64,000 nt of DNA, from positions 1,178,001 to 1,242,000 of the forward strand of contig NW_027191415.1 of assembly GCF_041146345.1 (NCBI RefSeq), in the 5' to 3' direction. Origin of the DNA: Neodothiora populina. Its lineage: Eukaryota. This document shows positions 39,081 to 52,850 of this stretch, in pieces (the first letter of the stretch is position 1; every line of letters begins with the position of its first letter). Made by a program: the position numbers and the translations under genes. A model generated the notes under the pieces. It did not search any database. It was given only the letters and a program-made list of their open reading frames with translations, and had not been told where the DNA came from.

Positions 39081-39923
39081 ATGCAATACGGTCGGCCTTG
39101 GTGCAACGATGGCATTGCCGTCAACAACCTTCAATTGCAATCCTCCCCTCACAATGGTTTAGATGCATGGGGGAGAGAAAAAGAACAGCCTGTATTGCTC
39201 TCCGTTCGTCTATCATTCAAGTCATCTTTCGACAGTGCTGCCGAACAGGATGCTTTGGATTCCAGCACTGTGCATTACGGCATCCTTTCCAAGACATTGC
39301 GTGCTACGAAGCCCGAGGAGAGCTGGGGGAGCCTCAGTGGTCTGGGCGAGACCGTTCACAAGACTATTACAGCCATGCTTCCTGGTCCAGATCTACTTGA
39401 AAGTCTCGCAATACAGGTCAAATTGCCCAAGGCTAGTCTGTTAGGCGAAGCTGTCATCCTAAATCGTCAGCACACGAACGAAAGTGTCTGCAATACCCTG
39501 CATCTTGTCGATATCTGTCTGCCTACTCTCATAGGTGTCAATGCAAACGAACGTGAGGCGAAGCAGAAACTCATCATCAACGTTTGGATCAATGGCTTGA
39601 GCGATAAGGATTGTGACTCGTATACTCAGCTAGAGGCGACCCTAACCCAAGTAAGCCCCTCATCCTTTGTCGTAGGGATTTTCAAAAGCAAAGACTCGGT
39701 ATTGATCATGTCATAGATAATCGATCTCACGGGATATGAAACCCTAGAGTCACTTGTGCTGCATATTGTGAGAAACCTCTACAAGAACTATGTACCACTT
39801 CAGCAAAGTGGTACTAGCATACGTATCTCTCTAGCAAAGCCCCAGGCTGTGCCATTCGCAGATGCGCCCGCCATCGAAATCTATAGGACATCAGAGCAGC
39901 TCTACGCAGCTTCTCGTTCTTGA
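39081..39923 (+). CDS. Stand-alone tandem dihydroneopterin aldolase (FolB-like, two T-fold domains)
   Basis: Exons 39081-39650 and 39717-39923. Motifs DAWGREKEQPVLLSV, STVHYG, LIGVNANEREAKQKLIINV, GYETLESL, KPQAVPFADAPAIEIYR. Confidence 0.85.
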
Positions 39924-40100
39924 GACCACCAGGACAATAAATTTGACCGTGCGTGGTCGATCTTTCAACTGAAATCAAGACGACTGGCTCGGATGTAGCC
40001 ATCGTGCAATAAGCCTCTGAAAATGTATGACTTTGCCATTGCTTTTCAAGCTTGTTGCAACAAGCACAATGAATATATAATGGCCGACACCTCGTCAAAC

Positions 40101-41412
40101 ATGGTGTCCTTCTTCAATGATCCAATACTCTATCAGCTTGCATTGATAGAATCATAGGCTGAAAGAGAAATCAGGAGAAATCAGTTTTCGACATTGCCAT
40201 CGGTGCCTGCATACCATTGCATCTTGTGTGTTCATTGACAGAAGAGATATCATGGACTCACGCAAGAATGCGGACCCCCAGGAAGTGGTGGGGGGAGAGA
40301 TGGACGTTGATTACTCTCCGGCATCAGATGATGAAGCTACGCGCAACGAGTCATATGGAGCCAGACTGCCGTACGTCCCGACAATCAATCTGGACCCACG
40401 CAGCAGAGATTCTTCAGTATATCAGGCACCACGCAAGGGCTGCCGAGGGTAGAGATGCCATGCTCTTACGAAATCTAAGAACCATTCAGATGGATATGCT
40501 TCGACACTTCGCTCGTGAATTTCGAGTAGGATCACCATACCCTTCTGGTAGCAGCAATCTGCCACATGGATTCGTCGACGGTCCCGAGCTTACGTCTCGC
40601 CTCCATTATGATCAGTCTCTTGATTCTCACCATCTTGCGATGGACTCCACGCCGTCTGACATGAACGACCATAGCATCTATTCTGCTCCTCGACTACAAA
40701 GTCTCCCAACTTTCATCAGACAGATCGAGGAGATAGATCGTCGAGTTACGGAGCTTGATCAAAGGCGGGATCAGAGGCCAATTTCACAGTCACCCTACGA
40801 GTCTTCGGAATCTCCGTCTGCTGTCTTATCGGCTTCCTCTCGTCCTTCCCCAGCCCCCGCTACAGTCCCAACGTTGACCAGGGTTGGCAATCACGAGTAC
40901 AGAGTATTGTCCGCACAGTTTGTGTGCGACGACGGCGAAGTCGACGAGATGTCCATAGAACGTGGCTGCGCTGTCAATGTTTCTGACAGCTCAGCGCGTA
41001 ACGCAGAGTAGGGCGCTTGATTATACATCATCGAAAAATCTCAGGCGCGGACTCGGCCTCAATTCGCACAATAAATCGATTGCTCAACGTGGCGGGCGGC
41101 TCACCGCTCACCTGACACTGCTGTCAACGACGCACCAGAGAACTCAGAGATCAGGGCCGTACCGCGACTTATTATATGATAGCCAAAATCGAAATCAACA
41201 GTCGACTCGGCAATAGCACAGTCTGGATCTGTGACTACAAGATATCCAATATTAGCAGATGTGAAGCGAGGTGTACCACGGCTGCAGATCGGACCCTGCG
41301 AGGGACATGGCTATTGATGCAGTGGACCCACCAGAACACGCGAGATGCATTGCTGTATTACGGAAATTGTTACTGCAAATTTGAAGCGCCTGCACATATT
41401 CCCGAGACGAAG
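40101..41412 (+). pseudogene. Degraded gene with several stops and frameshifts; C-terminal segment resembles a WRKY/FLYWCH-type zinc finger
   Basis: ATG at 40101, TAG at 40155, and protein-like pieces in different frames (40228-, 40217- and 41176-ORFs). The 3' end abuts MITE copy E. Confidence 0.35.
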
Positions 41413-41414
41413 TA

Positions 41415-41626
41415 CAAAGGAGCTCGTTTCCAGTCATTGACTCTTCTCTAGGCAGTCATTGCCAGTTCACTGAACAGTCATTGACCATTCACTGGGTAGT
41501 CATTCACTATTCGTCAAGGGCTAGTAATTCACTACTCGTTAAGGAGTCATTAGAACATCGAAGACCGTTCATGGAGGATTATTGCATATTCATTGTGGAG
41601 TCATTGACCAAGCATGAGCTTCTATG
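41415..41626. mobile_element. MITE-like family, copy E (opposite orientation)
   Basis: TA|CAAAGGAGCTCGTTTCC ... GCATGAGCTTCTATG|TA; interior units read AGTCATTGAC, the reverse complement of the units in copies A-D. Confidence 0.78.
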
Positions 41627-43620
41627 TAGTACATTTGCAAATGCGGAGTACCGATAACTCGGCGCCTTTTCTATATTGCTCGAAGCTTCAAATTGTCGGC
41701 GTCAATATGTCGGCGGTATGCACTAGACAGGGGAGTGGGCTGTGTACAGTACCTATACAATACAGTACTGCAGCGATATACAGTGTAAACAGAGTGCAGA
41801 GACTATTGATTCGATGGCGGCTAAGATGATCATATAATAATATCTTTGTGGAGGTTAGCAGCACTTTGCGATATGACAGCCAGCCGCATCAAGTAGCGGT
41901 CGCTGTGGCTGCACGGCCAGGCTTTTCTACAAAAGTCCTTACTCTATAAAATTCGGGGAGAGTTTCCTCGGCAGTGTTCGAGTTATTGTTGAGGAGTGTT
42001 GGCATCCATATCCTTGCATTGCAAAAGCGATCTATGCACTGTCCGAATGCAAAATCTTCATGTTTCTTTGTACTATTTGCGACGTTTTGAATCTGGACGG
42101 CAAGGAACGGATTTTCAGGCACATAGGTACATATCCCTGTCTGTGATTTGTGCTTGATAATGCTTGTCCCTCGGTGGTCCCTCGATGGGTCTTGTGGGAA
42201 TCCAATACAAGCGCCCACCGTAAATCAAGATCGGATCAACCGGGTTCCTTGCTTTAGGTTACCTGCCTTGACGATTCACCGTTCATACCTCATAAAAACA
42301 CATATGGTATAGCCGCCGAAAATCCGATGCTCGGGCACGAAGTTTTGCCCGTACCGCGCCTACCGTACATGATTCACGTTGAGCCTTGATAGATCTTCAA
42401 TCTATACGTTGTTGCCTCAACCCTTCATGGCATCACCATCGAGGACCTGTGCACGACTATGCTCCACTGACTCTTTTCTCCTCGGACTTCTCCAATGGTC
42501 CACTCTCGTTCATTTAGCAAACGTCACACCATGGAGGAACATTCACGATTCAGTTGACGCGATGGATGGAAGCGGATCCACAATCACACCCCCAAGAAAT
42601 CCGTGCGCAAGCCCGCTTCCGTGAATTGCGAGGGTTGCGAAGATTCGCGTATGGTAGGTCCCCCAAGGGCATCCCACAAATCTCTGAGACCTATTCCACT
42701 TTTTTGGTCTCTGGTCTGCCTGCAATGGGATACCGTACTGTGCGAATAATTTAGTGGTTGAATCATGGTAAGATGGCAGGACGGGCGGCGAATCCACCAC
42801 ACCAAAATGTTACCCACAATTCCTCCACTTCTCCCGACCACCCGCGACCCATTGAGGAAACACGTATCAATCGTACGTAGATTATACGAGTAAATATTGT
42901 GGAAATTGTCCTTCTATGCACTGCGAATCATGAAGATTACGAATACCAATCTACCCCGGTACCGCATGCGTGTTTACTCAGGCTGTCAACCCCAAAATGG
43001 GATTATTGTTGTTGCTGTTGTCTTTATGCCATGCAGCAGCAGACACATGTCCAACGTGTCGAACCGATGCTTGGTCGCAGATAGACTTTGTGCCACGTGA
43101 GACCTTCCTGTTATATTTTTGGGTCGCATCGTAACTTAACGCGTCTGATACTTTGGACATGCCCTCATTCGCCGCTTATCGACCACACTCCAGCCTACGC
43201 CTACGTGCAGTGTCGATCAGCAAGGTCGCCAAAATGATCCTTGCAGCGCTCTTCTCTCTTGCCGAATTGCTGCGCCCGGACGACTATGCGAGGTTGTGAG
43301 ACGTAGGACCCGCCGCGATACAGAGGTACAAACGGAAAGGATACGAGGGTCAAAAATGTCAATAGCGGCCCATAGACCTCGTCACTCTAACCACATGTTC
43401 TGAATGCTCGAGGTATATAGCGAAGCATAAGTGTGTGATGATCCCCCGGGACCCTACCATTCTTTCTCTTATTATTATCCTTTTGAGAAGTCGTTCGTTC
43501 TACCTGAGTTGACTCTCGCTTAATTTCTTTTTCTCTCTACAGTGAGCATCAGTCTCCATAATCCTAGTACTATATCCATTGGCATCGGTACTCTGCATTT
43601 TATCAAAACATTCACACACC

Positions 43621-44960
43621 ATGCGTTTCACACCGTCACTATGGACCGCTCAACTGGCAGGATTGGCCGCTGCTGTTGTTATTGACATGGAGGGCCTCCC
43701 GGACACGGGACTGGACACCTCTTCATGGACTACCGGCACACTACCACCTATCGCTGACTGCGTGGATCTCAACGACCTGCAAATTGCAGCCAAGAACACT
43801 CTTTCCCCGGCCAACTATGCCTACTACAGAACTGCAGCACTGGACGAGATCACCTACAAAGCCAACCTCTTCATCTGGGAGAAGATCCGCCTCAATGGCT
43901 TCAGCTTCAGAGATGTCTCAAACATCAACCTGAACACGAGCATCCTAGGCTACGAATTCGCTGCTCCCTTCTTCATTGCTCCTGCTGCCCAGGCCGGTCG
44001 TGCTAGCTCAGGTGCCGAGAGCAACTTTGTCAAGGCTGCTGGTGCGGCAAACATCCTCTATGTCCCGTCCATCTCGTCAACGCAATCAATTGCGACCATT
44101 GCCAACGCTGCAGTCGATGGCCAGGTCATGTTCCACCAGGAGTACATCTGGTCTGACGAGAGCCGTCTTCAGTCTGAGCTTTCCCAATTCGAATCTCGCG
44201 GATTCAAGGCTATCGTGCTCACCGTCGATAACACCGGCATCCAGGGCATTCGTGACCGCCAGATGCGTTTCAGCGCTGGCGGCGACTCTGGTCACTCCCA
44301 AGCTTTCACTGTTGAGTCGCTTGGCAGACTGCAGAGCATGACCACTCTACCTGTCATCCCCAAGGGCGTCAAGACTGCTCACGATGTCAAGCTCGTCGCC
44401 GAGCTCGGTCTCCCTGCTGTTTACATTTCCAACCACGGTGGTCGTGTTGTTGATGGTGCTCCTACCGCCGTCGAGATTCTTCTCGATGTCCACAGACTTT
44501 ACCCCGAGGTATTCGGACAGATCGAGATCTACTGTGACGGTGGTGTTCGTAGAGCCACTCACATCATCACTCTGCTCGCTCTTGGTTGCCGTGCTGTCGG
44601 TCTCGCCCGTCCTGCCATGTACGCCAACGTGTACGGCCAGGCTGGTGTCACCAAGATGATCAACATTCTCTCTCAAGAGCTCCAGACCACCATGGCTCTC
44701 ATGGGCGAGTCCAACATTGATCTCATCAGAGGGAACACCACTTACGTAAGTCTACCATTGACGAGGACGAAAGGAACGACCTTGCTAATCATACCCGCGT
44801 ACAGATCAATACCAAGCAAGTTGAACTTGAGATGTTCGGTGCTCCCCTGAACATCGACACCAGCTCCACACCTTACGCCGTTGCCGTCGGCAGCGATCAG
44901 TCGTTCCGTATGAACCTTAACAACCTCGTTGCCAGCAACGGCACGAACTCAACTTCCTAA
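43621..44960 (+). CDS. FMN-dependent alpha-hydroxyacid oxidase/dehydrogenase with an N-terminal signal peptide and no cytochrome b5 domain
   Basis: Exons 43621-44745 and 44805-44960. Family motifs YAYY, PFFIAPAA, FHQEY, LTVD, KGV, SNHGGR, DGGVR. Confidence 0.9.
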
Positions 44961-47900
44961 GCAGGTCGTTGCATCACACGTGTACATAGACATTAATCGT
45001 GTCCGTATTTTCTTTCCCATTCTTTTTCTTTTTTTTATGGGTCAAAAGGGGAAAACGCCTGAACGGGGATTGACTTTTCGTGTCGATGGAAAAGAAACGA
45101 GCGAAAAAGATGGAAACCCCGAGCGAACATTGTGTCAAAAAGCCGCGCCTGTAATTGCCTATGCAGAAGTGAAGGGTCGGACGATCACACCAAGAGGTGG
45201 AATACTGAATATCCGTAATGTCTCCAATAATCACTTTGTACCCGCTGTTCGTTCTCCTGCATTTCCCTACCCGGGCTTGTTTTTGCATCGTGCATAGATG
45301 CAATGCGTCTTGATGGTTGTCTATACCACTCGCGCTATGAGGTTCCTTATAGAACCATACGCTCTTGATATCCTACATCCTGAACCCAATGGTCCTATAT
45401 TTCCTTCACTCATCCACGAATACGAACGAGAGTGAGAGCGACGATACGCTGCGAACGAGAGCAACGTGAGACCTCGAATTAAACATAAGACATTTCCCCA
45501 TCCCTCTCCTCGATCACGCGCGTTGCAACGGTGGCGAAACCGTCACCCAGAGATCTGGGTGCAAAAGCCGTTGTCACGCCGTTTCCAGTTCCCCAGCTGC
45601 TCTCGCAGCCTTTTTTTTCCCGTCGAAGATTTCGCTCTTTGGCAAGTCGGGAAGGTGCTATTGTGTTTCCTCCGTGATGCAAGAACATTGGTGTGTTTTT
45701 ATTGGGTGGAGTATATATTTCGAACTGATTGGCTAGGGGTGATGTTTCTTCATGCAATGCAGGCGATCTATACATATAATATCATACTAACTCATCCGTC
45801 TCTGTTTAGATGCTCCACAACTATTACTAGACTTACACCGGTGGTCCCAGCCAGATGTAACCTACGTCTGTCCGCCTGTCTGCCCGCCCGCATGGATGCA
45901 TATCAATGCAGATACTGCACAATGACAGCATCTCGCCCGCGAGCGGGAGTCGACGTTGCATGTACGACCGTTGCGCGGGAGTTCTTATTGCACGCACGCG
46001 CGACTTGCACGGGGCAAAGGTCCTCTTCTGCGCCATTGTCTTTTATGTAATCGTCGTCACTCGGTTAGCTTGTGGTCGTTGACAGTGAGTGGTTCGCCAC
46101 TCTTTCCATTTTTTGTTTCGGGGTTTCCTTGGGGTCTGACTGGAGATATTTTGTCGAGCGTAAGGTCGTGCAGAACGGAAAAGAATCTGTCTGTGCATTT
46201 GTTGTGATTGCGTAAAAGGCAAAGGTACAGTACCTTCTTCAACCCTCTACTGTACTGGTGCCTGACGGGTTGCTTCTCGTTCTTCTTCTCTGGTCGTTCT
46301 CCGTGCTTGCAGTGTCGTAACGATTGAGATGGCGAGTCATCACCCTGTCTCCACTAAGCACCTAGCTAACCACCCTTTCGCTTCCTCCGTGTTCTGACAC
46401 GGATACAGTAGGTACCGTGCCGGCCAGCTTAAGAACATGATCTACAGGGCCACTTACTCGTAGGAGAGCAAGGGCAACAAGAGATCTACAAGAGGATGTA
46501 TTCTTGTAACATCTCTGGGGTCTTGTATGTTACTTGGCATGATCAAATCCTCATCCTACTGCACTGCTCCTACGACACAAGCAAAAGTCAAGCTCGAAGT
46601 GCATGCACGAGGTTGTCAGCGTTTTCAAGTGTCCCGCTCGACGATGTTTCGGGTTTCGACAAGCAGACTCAAATCACGGCAAGGTGTGTGTTAGCGAGCG
46701 GGCAAGTGCGGGCGGCGGGAAGGACGGCCGGGAAACCTGCAGCCCACGTCGCCGGCCGCCTTTTTTTCTTTCTATCCTTCCATGTCAAGACACGGGAGGT
46801 ATACTAGCCATCTTGTCGTGTACGAGTAAGGCAGTTCTATTTATTACGTGACGCGCGAGCTGGGATTTTGTGGCCTAGATTCGCTACCGGAAGTAAGATT
46901 CAGAATTATAAGCGAGAGCGGACCCGCGGAGTATCTTTGGTGCAAGCTCAACTTTGGTACCAGTATCTTGGCTCTATTTCCAAGGGCGAAATTTGCAAGC
47001 TTCCACAATGCGGTAATCTGTCTCTAATCTCGCGATCCTAGAGTTCAAATGGCGAGAGCATGTTGGGTGGGTCGAAGATTGTGGGGAGAGGCATGTGCGA
47101 AGGAAACGGATGGTAGTACAGCACGCGTTCTGGTCGACACACGATAGTGATAGATCTTGATCATCACTTCCTGATCTTGGCAACCGCAAAGGCTATATGC
47201 TAGGTTTTTCGACTGCTTCTCTTTTGCATGCACGATGCACAATGCAATACAGTAGCATTATCCGTGGCGTTTGACTGAGTGGACACTGATGATGTAGAAC
47301 GAACGTGCAGTGCATCAGCAACCGATCTGAACTAACGTTGCCTTGGTAGGAAAGTCAAAAGCATCAAGGGTCGAACTGGGTTGCATGGTAATCCTTGATG
47401 CAGATCTACGCACATGCAATTCAAAGTAGTCGAGACTCGATATGCTCAACTATTCTTATACAGAGTTAGAGAGAGTATATTCACGCAACTTATCGGCCTT
47501 GTTGCGTGCATGGCACATGAACAAGGGCTGTTCGGGGGAAGTTTTGGGGGGCCTAATTCGCGGGTTACAGGCTCATCCTTGTAGTTTTGAAGGGTTGAAT
47601 GCACATGGGACATGGTACAGTCATAACGAATGTGATGATTGACCTTTCTTAGGAGTCAGAGAGGCAATGCTACATCGACAGAAACGTCGATCAAAAGCAA
47701 CTTGATCTACAATAAAAGTTGCATAGTTGATCTTGGTCGCTTGGAGTTTTACTTGGAAGATCTCAAGTACTAGTGAATTGTGATTGGAGGCTCGCTCGCG
47801 TAACCTCCGTCTTCTCTGATATTCCAACTAAGTATCATTTGCAGAGGCTCTGGCTCTATTCGCCTGCACAAGGTCAAGAGGCATTCGGCTAGCTTCGCAA

Positions 47901-48876
47901 TAAAGTTCGTACATCGTCATAAAGGCTCGTGGATATCGTTGTTGTCTTCTGTCGGAGCTACATCAGTGGCATGAATATGCTGCTTCGAGTAATGCAAAGC
48001 ACGGAAGCTACTGCATAAAGGTGTAGGATGTGCTACCGCTTATTTTGGGCAAGTCTACGAGCAAGTTTAGTGACAAGAGACAGAAAGTTCGAGGGACATC
48101 GAGTGGTCTTACAGCGCCGCAGGAGCCGCAGGTCTTTCCACCGGAGACAGTGCTTCCGCACTTTGGGCAAGACGGATGATTCATGTTGCTTGGAAGATCA
48201 GAGTCAAGGTGGGAATAAGGTGATGGTTGATGATAACGGAGCGTCTAGATTTACTTCGATAGACGGCAGTGACACAATGTGGAGAATCACAAAAGAACAG
48301 ACGGTGTCTCTGAGACAGTTATATCAGCATGCACATCCTCACCGCTCCCACCCCCACCTGGTGCATGTGAAGAGGGCCCCCACGATTGACTGCATATGCA
48401 TGGTCAAGTCAAGCATCACAGTGCATTAAGACCATACCGTAGGCCCGTGACACCGCCTTGACTCTTGCAAGCGTGGCATATATGCAGAGGGCCGTTCACC
48501 ACGTTGTTGCTGCAGCCCTCGGTATGCTAGACATTGGAAGTGCATACAGCAAGCTAAGAGCAGACACAAAGCGGTGTCAGCCAGTGCGAGGTAATCGATA
48601 AGGTGCATGCTGACCTTTTGTTTGACTGAAGAGCAACTTTCTTGGCAACAAGATGGCCCGTGCGCCATTCACGTCGTTTTGACTCAATTTTGCGAACCTC
48701 TGCAGCTCCAGGCTGCGAAAGCTTTCTGCACACCATGTGAAACAAAGCTCAGAAAAACTCGTCTGTATCACAGCGAGGTCGTCAGATCAATCAATTCAAG
48801 GTCCAGCTTCATCTATGGGATGATAGCTTCGTGACGGATTAGATAAATTCGCTCATTGGAACACTTCGAACCAAAG

Positions 48877-50806
48877 ATGCGTCAGACGGCCATCTTTTCA
48901 GGCTCATCCCATCCAGCTCTTGTAGACAAGATCTGCAACTGGTTGGGAGAGAGTCCTGGCAAGGTCGCACTCGGCAAGTTCAAGAATGGCGAGACGAGTG
49001 TCGAGATCCGTAAGTGAAAAGTTTTATTCATTTGTCACAGAAAACTGACAGCTCTACCTTCCAGATTCATCGGTGCGAGACAAGAATGTCTTCATTGTGC
49101 AATCCGGCAGCAATAAGTACGGCGCCTTGGGTTGAAAACATCGGGCATGCCGAAGTACTCTTGCTGACTGAGTGCGTTCAGGATGAATGACTCGGTCATG
49201 GAGCTTCTGATTATGATTAATGCTTGCAAAGGAGGATCGTCCAAGTCGGTTACTGGTATGCAACCGCCAAAATCACACACTCGACTGGGCAACTTGTCGC
49301 GTGACTGATGTACTGATGGATTTTTCTCTCTTTTCAGCCGTCATCCCCTATTTTCCTTACTCTCGACAATCCAAGAAGAAGGCTCACAGAAGTGCCATCA
49401 CTGCGAGGATGATTGCCAATCTGATGAATGTCGCTGGCGTCAACCATGTCATAACCATCGACCTGCACGCCAGCCAGATGCAAGGCTTCTTCAAGTGTCC
49501 TGTAGACAATCTCGTCGCTGAGCCTCTTCTCGCAAAGTGGATCAGGAACAACATTCGCGATTGGCAAGACGGTGTTGTCGTCAGTAAGAACCCTGGCGGC
49601 ACCAAGCGTGTGACTTCTCTTGCGGATGCACTGAAGCTCAGCTTTGGTCTCGTAACAACTGACAGGAGGAAGATCCATCTCCCTGCCAGCATGTACAACA
49701 GTGTTGTCTTTGAGGCTCCAAAGAGTGACTACAAAGGCCACACCAATGTACCCAAGAGCAGCAAGATCCCCGAGGAGTCTGAGGCAGACCTCTACCTTGG
49801 CGACCCGGCAGCGCCAATTGAGCATGACTATGCCCCTCACACTGACGACATCAAGCCGTCGGAATATCTTGACGGTGCTCCAGATGGTTTCCCCAGACGT
49901 CCTGGCAAGCACCGAGCACCCGCAAGTCTTATGCCTAACGTTGTCAGTCGCCTCGCCAATCCTGCTTCGAAACCGAGTCCTCTGGCTCAGTCGATACGTC
50001 CTGATTCGTTCGGCGCCGACTCCAACAACCGCCCATCCTTGAGCGAGCCATCTGAAGAGGGACACGAGGCGGCTGTTGAATCACCCCCTCGACTGCATAG
50101 AGTCCACACTGCACTTGGCACCAGCAATGCATCGCCGAATCCAGTACCTTCTGCCGAGGACGAGGACGAGTTCACTGACGAGCGCGCCCGTAATGTCATC
50201 ACTGGTCGATTGATCCACGGTCACATCGTTGATGACAACTATCCCTCACCGGTCATGAGCGCCATGTCAGGCTCGATTTCCAAGCTCGACAAGGATGGGA
50301 CCGACGAGGGACCAGGCTCGCCGCCTGAACACATGCTCAATTCATTCATGTCGGAGCGCTCGTATCGTGACCAAGGCATGGGTGGAAGTGGCGACGCAAC
50401 AGCCTCTGACGACGAGGAAGAAGAGGCGCTGAAAGATCCCGAACTTGAGACTACCATTACCTTGGTCGGCAACGTCAGAGATCGTCCGGTTTTCATCGTT
50501 GACGACATCATCGACAAGCCCGGTTCGTGGATCGCCGCTGCCGAGACCGTCGTCAAGCGCGGTGGTGCGACGAAAGTCTACTGCATGGCCACTCATGGGT
50601 TGTTCGGCGACGACGCCCTCAAAGAGATGGACGCGTGCGAGGAGATTGACGGCATCATCGTCACCAACTCCTTCCCGATCTCAGAAGAGAAAAAGGCTGG
50701 AGTTAGCAAGCTTGTCGTCCTGGACGTCAGTCATCTGTTGTCGGAAGCCATCAGAAGAAACGCCTTTGGCGAGAGCATCTCCCAGCTCTTCATGCACATT
50801 GATTAG
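48877..50806 (+). CDS. PRS1: Ribose-phosphate pyrophosphokinase, Prs1 type with a long internal insertion
   Basis: Exons 48877-49009, 49065-49116, 49182-49255 and 49338-50806. Motifs KFKNGETSV, DLHASQMQGFF, SKNPGGTKRVT (Prs1 signature), IVDDIIDKPGS, ATHGLF. Confidence 0.93.
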
Positions 50807-52850
50807 GAGTTGGAAGTGCTGACGTAGGACAACAAAGACGACACGATTGTTAATGTGACTGGTGACTGGTGAATGATGACTTCGACAGGAAGCGCCGGGG
50901 TGGAGCATCAATGCTACACGGGACGCTGGACTCGGCCTGGCACGACAGCATCGGAAATATGCATGGGGGAGGTTTTGTGGGCACTTTCGTCGGCGAACGA
51001 GGCGTTGCTTTGTATTGCGATTCCCACTTTCTTCACAGGAAAGAAAAGACGTGGCATGAATATCAAGCCAGACCGAACTAGCTAACCTTTCTACATGAGG
51101 GTATGCGAGTAGAGAAGAACTTCTCTTTGCTCAACACTCCCTTCTGACCAACTCCACACAGTCTTTTCCCCTTCATCTCCACCCCATTACACATGCACAT
51201 CTCATTCGTATGTAATGCATACAGAACAGAAACATAACCAGCGTTGCAGATCGTAGGATCTGCTCGAGCTTCCCTTCATTCCTAGAAGGTCGCGCGAAAC
51301 GGAGCGTTGGGAGATTGAATTTTCTTGCACATGGACAAAAAGGTTCTTGAAAGAAGCAATTCTTCCGAGTCGTTTTGAACATGTGCATCAGCGGGGACAG
51401 AAGACACACCTTTCTTTGGCTTTTGGTCGATGGCATGCTTAATTGCGTGCTGTGGAGGGCTGTGTAAGAGAAGATCCGCACATTTCTCATTTATTTTCTT
51501 TTTTCGTTATTTTCTTTTCACTGTTGTCCTTGATCTTTCACCAAGGACGGACAATGGTCCTCGTCGTGGTCGCGTCACGTGAATTAAATATATGTCCATG
51601 TCTCTCGATCATGCTACATCTCGAAATTGAAAACCAGGTTCTTTTATTCTTCTGCGCCTAGCGATTCGTCACATTGCTCAAGTTGTGTGTTATATGTATA
51701 AGAGTTTGGAACTCTTTTCCCCTGTCATTATTGCACAGGTATATACATCAGCAGTACGTTCATAGCATGAGAGAGACGAAAGAACGAGTATGACAATCTA
51801 GTTAGTGAACGCCGCCATTTTGAAGTTCTTCCTCTATAGTCGACTGATCAACGAAGCACTACTTGACACTTGCAATCTCGAGTCCTTCGTCTTGAGATAG
51901 ATTGAACCAAATTGAAATAGACACATCGAATCAATGAGCGCTCGTCGCTTCCCTGATTCATCGATTGAACGATTGGCTGATCAGTCGACTAACAGTGAAC
52001 GACAGATTGATCAACCTTCTAGATCCTCTCCACCGCAGCAGCAGCAGCAGCAGCAGCAAAGCACACTCCATCGCCTCGCCTCGCCTCGCTTCTCATCCCT
52101 CGTGGAGACCACTAGTCATCAGTCTACACTAGTAATCTTAAGGTACCTAACACAACCCGACTCGCAAAAGGTTTCCGACGAGAACGTTTGCATCTAACAT
52201 ACCTTACCTTACTCATACCCCTGACGTGAAAAGTTCTTTCTCTAAACCAGTGACGGTCCCCTCTGGACCGATGATGATACGAGAGTTGGAATGAACATGA
52301 CGAATGGAAGAGATGGCTGCAGGTGGCTGGCTGGCTGGTTGGCTGTTCTCGTGTAACGTCTGCTGGGACATGATGCGCGAAACACGTCGTCGTCGTCGTC
52401 TTCTTCGTTGGTGGAATGTAGTATGCGTGAGATGAGGTCCGCGTGAGATGAGGATCAGTGCAGTACAGTTTCAGGCTGGTAAGCATGTTAGATGACGGTT
52501 GACGCCCTTGCCCTTGTCTTCTTCCTTTTTTTTTTATCTCCGTCTCTTTTTCTTTGACCCACGAGTATTTCGCTTCTCTCTACGTGTGCGAGTATGGATA
52601 GACGTAGACAGATACGGGAACACTCGCTTGCATATTTCACGGTTCTTACAAGCAAATAAAGAAAAAGTGATCCGGATCTTGTCTCTTGTTTCGAAGTCGG
52701 TTTTGTAGAATTTCGCTCTTCTTCTCTCATCTTCTAGTTACAAGTAAAAAGAAAAGAAAAAAAAAGGTCGGTGGTAAATAACATATTCCCATCTCTTTTG
52801 TTTCTTTTTCCCATTTGACTACTCCCACTCAATTTTTTTTGAAAATATAT

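Noticed and set aside
47286..47349. TGATGA...CTGA followed by ACTAAC..TAG, a candidate intronic C/D snoRNA
   Set aside because: Only about 45 nt from box C to box D, no recognisable rRNA guide, and no supported host gene.
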